A stretch of 64,000 nt of DNA from an uncultured archaeon (GTDB lineage: Archaea > Aenigmatarchaeota > Aenigmatarchaeia > PWEA01 > JAGHBM01). This document shows, one piece after another, positions 58,078-64,000 of this stretch. Every line of letters starts with the position of its first letter. The first letter of the stretch is position 1. The stretch spans positions 86,436 to 150,435 of the forward strand of contig CAZOZN010000003.1 of assembly GCA_964584335.1 (NCBI GenBank), given 5' to 3'. The notes under the pieces were generated by a model. The model ran no database searches and was not told the origin of the DNA. It saw only the letters and a list, made by a program, of their open reading frames with translations. A program made the translations under genes and the position numbers.

Positions 58078-58880
58078 TTTTTTGCAACAGCGTAGGAGTC
58101 CCTGACTTGACGTTCAATTTCAGAGAATCCTGCCTTTTTAATCCTCTTTATGACTTCTGCTCCAAAATCTCTCCCTCTTTTTATGTGATGTTTAGGAAGG
58201 TAATGGTATATTTTGCCTCCTTTTCTTATAATCCTAAAGGCCTCTTTATAATTTCTGAGCGAAAAAAATTCACCGGAAGACTTTGGTGTGCCCGGGTCGA
58301 ATATTGCGTAGTCAAATTCATCTTTTCTCATTTTTTTCATTTCCTTTGTTATGTCCCCTATTTTTAGTTTAATATTTTTTTTACGGAACAACTTCTTTGA
58401 GTATGGATTTAACTTTGCTATTTCTATTACGTTTTTATCAATTTCAAATGTAAAGACTTCTTTGGCTGTTCTTGATGCTGCTATGGCAGTATAACCCAGT
58501 CCAGTTCCAGAATCAATAACCTTCCCTCTTAGTTTTTCTTTTTCAATTCTTTCTACAAAGGCTTTTTTGTGCATTGATGTGCCAGATATTTGTAGTATTG
58601 GTCTGTAACTTGTAGGCACCAACTTGTAAAGGGATTTAGTATCGTCTGAGAAGTACTGTACTTTTTCTATCTTTCCGTTTACAGGAATATAACAACTCTT
58701 GTCATCTTTTCTTATTTTCTTGGTCTTTATTTTATTTTCCCCTATTATGAACCCTTCTTTTAATAAACTAATTCTTGTCTTGGTTTTACCTAAATCGAGT
58801 GAGACTTCTAAACTATTATATTCCTTTTTAATGTTTTCGTTTATCTTTCTGATTGTCTTTGAACTCAAAATTGGTATCAT
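58074..58880 (-). CDS. class I SAM-dependent methyltransferase (PIMT-like core with ~100-aa N-terminal extension)
   Basis: Motif I VIDSGTGLGYTAIAAS; DYAIFDPGTPKSS; RKGGKIY. Confidence 0.5.
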   Translation of the reverse strand: MIPILSSKTIRKINENIKKEYNSLEVSLDLGKTKTRISLLKEGFIIGENKIKTKKIRKDDKSCYIPVNGKIEKVQYFSDDTKSLYKLVPTSYRPILQISGTSMHKKAFVERIEKEKLRGKVIDSGTGLGYTAIAASRTAKEVFTFEIDKNVIEIAKLNPYSKKLFRKKNIKLKIGDITKEMKKMRKDEFDYAIFDPGTPKSSGEFFSLRNYKEAFRIIRKGGKIYHYLPKHHIKRGRDFGAEVIKRIKKAGFSEIERQVRDSYAVAKK

Positions 58881-58901
58881 AAAAATCTCTTTATAGTTAT
58901 C

Positions 58902-59132
58902 CTAGTAAATTAAGGCACCTAAAATTACAAATGTATATGAAAATACCCAGGCCATGTTACAAACTACTATCAGTTTATCCTTGTGGGATAGGCCATACAA
59001 AACCCATAATATAGCAGGGAAGAGGAATAGAAACCAAGATGATAAGGCTATTGATGAAGCGTTTTTTTCTAGATATATTTTCAATATTTGAGGTATCATC
59101 ATAAAAGGCCCCAACAATGCTACAGGGTACAT
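58902..59132 (-). CDS. PQ-loop / SemiSWEET-like 3-TM transporter
   Basis: MYPVALLGPFMMIPQILKIYLEKNASSIALSSW (PQ motif); start taken at the internal Met. Confidence 0.45.
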   Translation of the reverse strand: MYPVALLGPFMMIPQILKIYLEKNASSIALSSWFLFLFPAILWVLYGLSHKDKLIVVCNMAWVFSYTFVILGALIY

Positions 59133-59294
59133 TATTTTATCGAGAAAACATTTCCACTTATCGGGATGGGGATATTTTTCGTGTTTTAAATGTATTCTTT
59201 TTCTTTTATGAAGATGATGATTTCCGTCGTTAAAGTGAACCATAATTAAACTCTTTTTGTTTTGTTTATAATACTAACGTTTTTTTATATCAGT

Positions 59295-60911
59295 CTATTT
59301 TTCTAATTTTTCAACTATTTCATCCAGGTCTTTTTCTCTAATAGTATTTTCATCTGATATTTCTTCTATCATTTCTCTTAGCTTGGTGTCGTTTATTATT
59401 TTTTTGTAAGGCATTCTAACTTCTCTATGAACTAGTACGGGAAGACAGTACTCATTGCTTCTAAATTCAGTCAAACCGAAACCCTCTGCCTCGACCTTGG
59501 GCATCTTATCATAAGAGACTTCCAATTCAACAGGTTTATAACCAGCGTTGATGTAAGCTATTTGTTTTGAACCGTTTGTAGTTCTTTGTATAGGAACAAA
59601 TATTGATACGTTTCTTTTTAAGTCAGGGTCTTCTTCGGAATTTTTTATCCATCTTTTTGCATTTTTTATAGGTTCCTGCACATCCTCCTCTTCATATTCC
59701 AAGTGTATAGAATCTTTTGAGATTAGTGAAAGACCTTTAAGTATTGATTTAATTTCTTTGAAATCTTCTTTTATTTTATTTTTGGATTTTTTTTCTCTGC
59801 TAATCATTCTCTTTCTTTCCATTACTTCTGGTACATAATTCTCTATTGTTTTTTCTATAAAGTTTATGTTTTTCTCCATTCTCTCATAGGATGTTGATAA
59901 AGGTTCTACTTCTAGTTCAGGCCTTATTATTATTTTTGGTGTGTAGTTTGACATACTGCAACCTATAAGTGCTGTTCTAAAGTTGCTGTGGCCAACATGC
60001 GTATGTCTTGTTCCAGCCCACTGAGAAGTAAATTCGTTTTCTAACATATCTGAATATTTTTCGTTTACTATGTATTTTTCGTATTCTTCGCTATCTTTTT
60101 TTATTAGAGGAATTATTTCATTCATCTGCCTTACGTAAAGACCGGATTTTTCATTAGGAGTAAAATCTACTTTTCCTTCTTTTATACCTTTTACGAGAGC
60201 TTTGCCCAATCCTTCCGGAATGTCACTTTGAGATTTGTCTGAAAGTTCCATAAAGAATTCTTCGTCAGGAAGCTTTGAAGACGGGAATAGGCAGTCTTCT
60301 TCTTTAATTTCGCCTGTCATTTTAGAGTAAATTCCCTTTAAAGAATAATAAGTGTGTTTTAATTCCGGCGAAGAATCTATTTTCCGATGTAGATCATGTA
60401 TTATTTTTTTGTTTATTCTTTCATCTAAGTTTTCAACAACAAAGCTAGGTTCGCTACCAAGAATTTTTATCTGCTTGTATGCTGATTTCAATTCTTCAGT
60501 CCAGTCATAGAATGCCTGTGGGACCGACCAACTGGGTTCTCTTCTGGCTTTATGATGAATCAATGATGTATTTATATAATCTTTTGAATAACCATCCGAA
60601 ACTTTTTCTAATTTTGTTAAAAAATCCGGCCTTGATAAGTCATGTCCGTTTTCATTTATTCTTTCTTCAACTGCGGCATAAATACCATCGATGAAATTTT
60701 TTACTTTTGCATATCTTATCAGTGAAAGAGAAGGAATAACTTCGTCATATTTCATCATATCTGACGGATTTGTGTAAATCAATTCATCATTTTCATAGTA
60801 ACCGCTGTGATTGATTTCTTCCGGTACCTCTGCAAGTATGGTTGCATTTCTTCCGTCAATTTTAATTTTTGTGCCATCAATTTTCCTTTCTACTATTCCC
60901 TTACCTCTCAT
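59295..60911 (-). CDS. large uncharacterised protein
   Basis: 538-aa soluble protein with no recognisable motif; begins 37 nt downstream of the tRNA-Met 3' end on the same strand. Confidence 0.4.
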   Translation of the reverse strand: MRGKGIVERKIDGTKIKIDGRNATILAEVPEEINHSGYYENDELIYTNPSDMMKYDEVIPSLSLIRYAKVKNFIDGIYAAVEERINENGHDLSRPDFLTKLEKVSDGYSKDYINTSLIHHKARREPSWSVPQAFYDWTEELKSAYKQIKILGSEPSFVVENLDERINKKIIHDLHRKIDSSPELKHTYYSLKGIYSKMTGEIKEEDCLFPSSKLPDEEFFMELSDKSQSDIPEGLGKALVKGIKEGKVDFTPNEKSGLYVRQMNEIIPLIKKDSEEYEKYIVNEKYSDMLENEFTSQWAGTRHTHVGHSNFRTALIGCSMSNYTPKIIIRPELEVEPLSTSYERMEKNINFIEKTIENYVPEVMERKRMISREKKSKNKIKEDFKEIKSILKGLSLISKDSIHLEYEEEDVQEPIKNAKRWIKNSEEDPDLKRNVSIFVPIQRTTNGSKQIAYINAGYKPVELEVSYDKMPKVEAEGFGLTEFRSNEYCLPVLVHREVRMPYKKIINDTKLREMIEEISDENTIREKDLDEIVEKLEK

Positions 60912-60947
60912 AAATAGTAATTGATTGTAAAATTATTTAACTATAAA

Positions 60948-61072
60948 ATGGTAGCGGGGGGTGGATTTGAACCACCGACCTCAGGGTTATGAGCCCTGCG
61001 AGCATTCTGTTTACACCCAGGTTTTATGAACCAAGGAAGTCTCCAGGCTGCTCCACCCCGCTATTTAGATAT
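60948..61072 (-). tRNA. tRNA-Met: tRNA-Met (CAU), initiator-like, with a ~37-nt non-canonical intron in the D-loop
   Basis: Exons read AGCGGGGUGGAGCAGCCUGG ... GCUCG CAGGG CUCAUAA CCCUG AGGUC GGUGG UUCAAAU CCACC (C) CCCCGCU A CCA. A1:U72 and three G:C pairs at 29-31/39-41 mark it as an initiator. The insert AGACTTCCTTGGTTCATAAAACCTGGGTGTAAACAG lies between G19 and the 3' D-stem strand. A 7-C run gives one extra C at the T-stem/acceptor junction. Confidence 0.75.
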
Positions 61073-61118
61073 ACTGGGTACCCAATTAGAATATATAACA
61101 TATGAGCTTATTTATATC

Positions 61119-61652
61119 TTAATTAATCTCTTTAAGAATATATTTTTCTATGAATGTCTTGTTGGAAGGAGTCAATTTGTAAGGATTTTTTAGTAAAGTT
61201 TCTACCTCTTCAAGGTCAAAATACTTTATTTTTTCTATCTCTCCTTTGTCTATATTGAATTTTTCGATTGGCACGTCTTTCCTCAAAATGAAAATTTTGC
61301 TGAACTTGTAGTTTTTTATATTATCTTCTAAATCAACTTTTAGTTTTTCATAACCAACTTCTTGGAATTCGTTTTTTTCTACTTTTAATCCTAATTCTTC
61401 TTCTGTTTCCCTTTTTATCGCTTCTTTGTAATTCTGATTCTTTGGAAAGTGTCCTGCTGCTGATGAGTCCCAAATATGCCTGTCGGATCTTTTTTGTAGA
61501 AGCACTTCTTTTGATGAATTTATCAAGTAAACACAAGCTTCCCTATGAAGAAGGCCTTTCTTGTGGACTTCTTTTCTTGTTGCTCCTTTAACTATGTTAT
61601 CTTTTTCATCGACGACTGCAATGATTTCTGATGGGTCATGAGGTATCTTCAT
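61119..61652 (-). CDS. Nudix hydrolase
   Basis: Nudix box GHFPKNQNYKEAIKRETEEELGL. Confidence 0.7.
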   Translation of the reverse strand: MKIPHDPSEIIAVVDEKDNIVKGATRKEVHKKGLLHREACVYLINSSKEVLLQKRSDRHIWDSSAAGHFPKNQNYKEAIKRETEEELGLKVEKNEFQEVGYEKLKVDLEDNIKNYKFSKIFILRKDVPIEKFNIDKGEIEKIKYFDLEEVETLLKNPYKLTPSNKTFIEKYILKEIN

Positions 61653-61703
61653 GTTATTAATTAAAAATAAATAATATTTAAGCTCTAAATTAAATGTGTT
61701 TAA

Positions 61704-62303
61704 ATGAGAGTTCTTATTTTTTGTGGCAGTCCCAGAAAAGGCAATTCAGAATCTCTGTCTAAAAATATGAAAGACCTTCTTGATGAAAAAGGAGTCAAGA
61801 CTGAGGTTATCATTCTCAGGAAAAAAGATATAAGAAGATGTAATGGTTGTGTAGAGTATTGCAATAAAAATCTTAAATGCTGTCAAGATGATGATATGGG
61901 TCAAATAATGGAAATGATGAAGAAATCAGACGGCTATGTTTTTGTAGTACCGACTTATTTTTCAATGCCCCCTGGAATTTTCAAGGATTTTATAGACAAG
62001 TGCAGCATATTATTCACATCCGGCTACGATTTATCATCAAAGAAATCTGTAATAGTTTCTGTTGGTACTGAAATTAATAATGTAGACGAGAATATAAGAA
62101 ATATTTCTGAAAATTTCTGCAAAGCTCTTGGAATAAATGTCATAGCCAAAAAAGGATTCATTTCTAAAAGTGAATTGAATGATAATTATGATGATATTTT
62201 TGAAAACGGAATAAATCCGGGAATAGAAGATGAGCTAGAGAAGTTATCTTCTAAAATATACAGAAGCCTAAAATATGAAAGCGGTGAACTTATAACATGT
62301 TAG
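61704..62303 (+). CDS. iron-sulfur flavoprotein (NADPH-dependent FMN reductase fold, Isf-like)
   Basis: MRVLIFCGSPRKGNSE flavodoxin-like N-terminus and a compact Cys cluster CNGCVEYCNKNLKCC. Confidence 0.6.
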   Translation: MRVLIFCGSPRKGNSESLSKNMKDLLDEKGVKTEVIILRKKDIRRCNGCVEYCNKNLKCCQDDDMGQIMEMMKKSDGYVFVVPTYFSMPPGIFKDFIDKCSILFTSGYDLSSKKSVIVSVGTEINNVDENIRNISENFCKALGINVIAKKGFISKSELNDNYDDIFENGINPGIEDELEKLSSKIYRSLKYESGELITC

Positions 62304-62701
62304 ACAAGGGAATGATATTTTACATTGGATGTGCGCTGATACCTACACCGCCCTCCCCCTGTTATGATTTTGGATTACAGTTTGTCTTTGTTATAGTAGT
62401 TGCATTAATATCTCCGAAGTTTGTTATAAAACCAATAAACATATTTTTGGTTTACCTTGGCAGGTTATGTAAAAAGATATTCGGCAGGATACCTGTAATA
62501 AAGATAGTAGTGGAAAAAACAGAACAGGGTATAAGGCTCTGGGAAAGATTGATGAAAAAGGGCACAAAACCCAAAAACAAACACCTGAGAAAATTGTTTA
62601 ATCTAATAATTAAAAAGGATTTTATACAAAGACTTATAGCGGGTTATTTCATAACCATAGGTTTGGGAATACTTTTGATGTCTATAAGTTTTATTATGTG
62701 A
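62297..62701 (+). CDS. hypothetical membrane protein
   Basis: 134 aa with 3 TM. Confidence 0.25.
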   Translation: MLDKGMIFYIGCALIPTPPSPCYDFGLQFVFVIVVALISPKFVIKPINIFLVYLGRLCKKIFGRIPVIKIVVEKTEQGIRLWERLMKKGTKPKNKHLRKLFNLIIKKDFIQRLIAGYFITIGLGILLMSISFIM

Positions 62702-62705
62702 TTTT

Positions 62706-63275
62706 ATGATAGAAAAAGAGCATGGAAATTTTCTGCTTGAATTTGCAAGAGATACAATTGAAAATTTTGTAAAAGGAAACGAAACCATATTGCCCGATAA
62801 ATACCCAAAAGAGTTAGACCAGCTTAGGGGTGTTTTTGTTACTCTTGAAAAGTACCCATCAGGAGAGCTTCGGGGTTGTATAGGAATACCATATCCAGAA
62901 AAACCATTAATAGATGCAGTGAGAGACGCTGCTTGTTCTGCTGCGAAGGACCCAAGATTCTCTCCTTTAAAAAAAGAAGAACTAGACAAGATTACCATAG
63001 AAGTTTCTATTCTTACTGAGCCAGAAAAAATTGATTTTTCTTCTCCGAGAGATTTGTTAGAGAAAATAAAACCCAATGTAGACGGAATGATAATAGAAAA
63101 AGGATGGAACAGCGGGCTTTTTCTTCCACAAGTTTGGGAAAAAATACCTGATAAGAAACAGTTTATGGAAAATTTAAGTTACAAGGCATATTTACCTCCT
63201 GATGCCTGGAAAGATTCCAGTATTTACAGATTTAGGGTGAAATCTTTCAAGGAAAAAGAACCAGGTAAAAATTAA
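62706..63275 (+). CDS. AMMECR1-domain protein
   Basis: GELRGCIGIPYPEKPL (RGCIG motif). Confidence 0.75.
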   Translation: MIEKEHGNFLLEFARDTIENFVKGNETILPDKYPKELDQLRGVFVTLEKYPSGELRGCIGIPYPEKPLIDAVRDAACSAAKDPRFSPLKKEELDKITIEVSILTEPEKIDFSSPRDLLEKIKPNVDGMIIEKGWNSGLFLPQVWEKIPDKKQFMENLSYKAYLPPDAWKDSSIYRFRVKSFKEKEPGKN

Positions 63276-63298
63276 TATAGACATATAGAAAAAATATT

Positions 63299-64000
63299 AT
63301 GGACCAAGGTATAACAAAAAAAGAGGCAAGTGAAAGACTTTCAAAGTACGGAAAAAATGAAATAAGAAGAAAAAAGAAGATAAGCCCTCTAAAAATGTTG
63401 GTTGCTCAGTTTTCATCACCTTTAATTTTGATTCTTATTGCTGCTGTATTTATTTCTTTTGGGATGGGGTTTCTTCCTGGTGCAGAATCAAATTCAATTG
63501 ATGCTTTTTTGATATTAATAATTGTATTTTTTTCAGCTTTTTCCGGTTTCTTTCAGGAGTATAAAGCGGAGAAGACTATAGAAGCACTTCAAAAAATGTC
63601 TACCCCAAAAGCAAAGGTTTTGCGGGATGGCAGAGAGGAGATTATACCTGCAAATGAAATTGTACCGGGTGACTTGGTCCTTTTGGAGGCCGGTGATGTT
63701 GTGCCTGCGGATGCTGAGTTACTTGTTTCCAACAACCTAAAGACAGACGAGTCAATAATAACGGGAGAATCTGTGGATGTAGTCAAGGAAGTTTCAGATA
63801 AAATATTTATGAATACTTTTGTGACTACTGGAAACGGAAGTGCGAGAGTTATCGATACTGGAATGGAAACCAGGATAGGTAAAATAGCAGATAAGCTACA
63901 AGGCATGGAAGAGAAAAAGACTTCTTTTCAAAAGGAGCTTTCTGTGCTAAGCAAGAAGATATTTTGGATGGTTATAGCGCTTATAGTTGTTATAGCATCC
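63299..64000 (+). CDS. P-type cation-transporting ATPase, N-terminal part; continues beyond window end
   Basis: N-terminal cation_ATPase_N LSKYGKNEI; TM1-2; actuator domain motif TGES (ITGESVDV). Confidence 0.8.
   Translation, partial: MDQGITKKEASERLSKYGKNEIRRKKKISPLKMLVAQFSSPLILILIAAVFISFGMGFLPGAESNSIDAFLILIIVFFSAFSGFFQEYKAEKTIEALQKMSTPKAKVLRDGREEIIPANEIVPGDLVLLEAGDVVPADAELLVSNNLKTDESIITGESVDVVKEVSDKIFMNTFVTTGNGSARVIDTGMETRIGKIADKLQGMEEKKTSFQKELSVLSKKIFWMVIALIVVIAS

Noticed and set aside
63589-63906. 105-aa minus-strand ORF.
   Set aside because: Antisense to the well-supported P-type ATPase N-terminal region.
1-64000. CRISPR arrays, transposases, integrases, prophage or defence-island signatures.
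   Set aside because: No spaced direct-repeat arrays, no recombinase or nuclease/helicase gene sets, and no compositional island were found. The window reads as core chromosome plus a glycosylation island.

Overview
This is a gene-dense (~90% coding), AT-rich (~30% GC) archaeal chromosomal segment. Archaeal hallmarks are a ThrRS with the archaeal N-terminal editing domain, an archaeal histone, aIF5A with deoxyhypusine synthase and agmatinase, geranylgeranyl reductase, aTrm56, Taw1, an ATP-dependent DNA ligase, FtsZ, and an initiator tRNA-Met carrying a BHB-type intron. Class III RNR (NrdD/NrdG), PPDK, ferredoxin, an iron-sulfur flavoprotein, nitroreductase and NifX-like proteins point to an anaerobe, probably with a small genome (DPANN-like). 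No CRISPR arrays, transposases, integrases or rRNA are visible. Main blocks: partial SMC, DNA ligase, nrdD-nrdG, a DUF5320/permease/NifX-like/DUF134 operon, an extracytoplasmic thiol-disulfide plus ZIP module, thrS, a ~14 kb glycosylation island (four GT-C paralogs, NodU-type carbamoyltransferase, NPP-like enzyme, two GT2, two radical SAM enzymes), tRNA processing and modification genes (Taw1, RNase Z, Sua5, aTrm56), ftsZ, hypA plus an Mrp/MinD-type ATPase, the hypusination module, ppdK, histone, GGR with ferredoxin, aspS/asnS, RNase HII, and a partial P-type ATPase. The hunt items are: nrdD split into a body and a separately framed 45-codon glycyl-radical mini-gene; the uncharacterised DUF5320/NifX-like/DUF134 operon with three consecutive perfect palindromes upstream and a 56-bp tandem duplication creating two coupled uORFs; a GC-rich multi-hairpin ncRNA candidate; three hairpins with a conserved TTGGGC loop before ftsZ; a C-rich repeat and hairpin module after ftsZ; a surface-protein/GT2/SPASM/B12 radical SAM operon; and an initiator tRNA with an intron in the D-loop.
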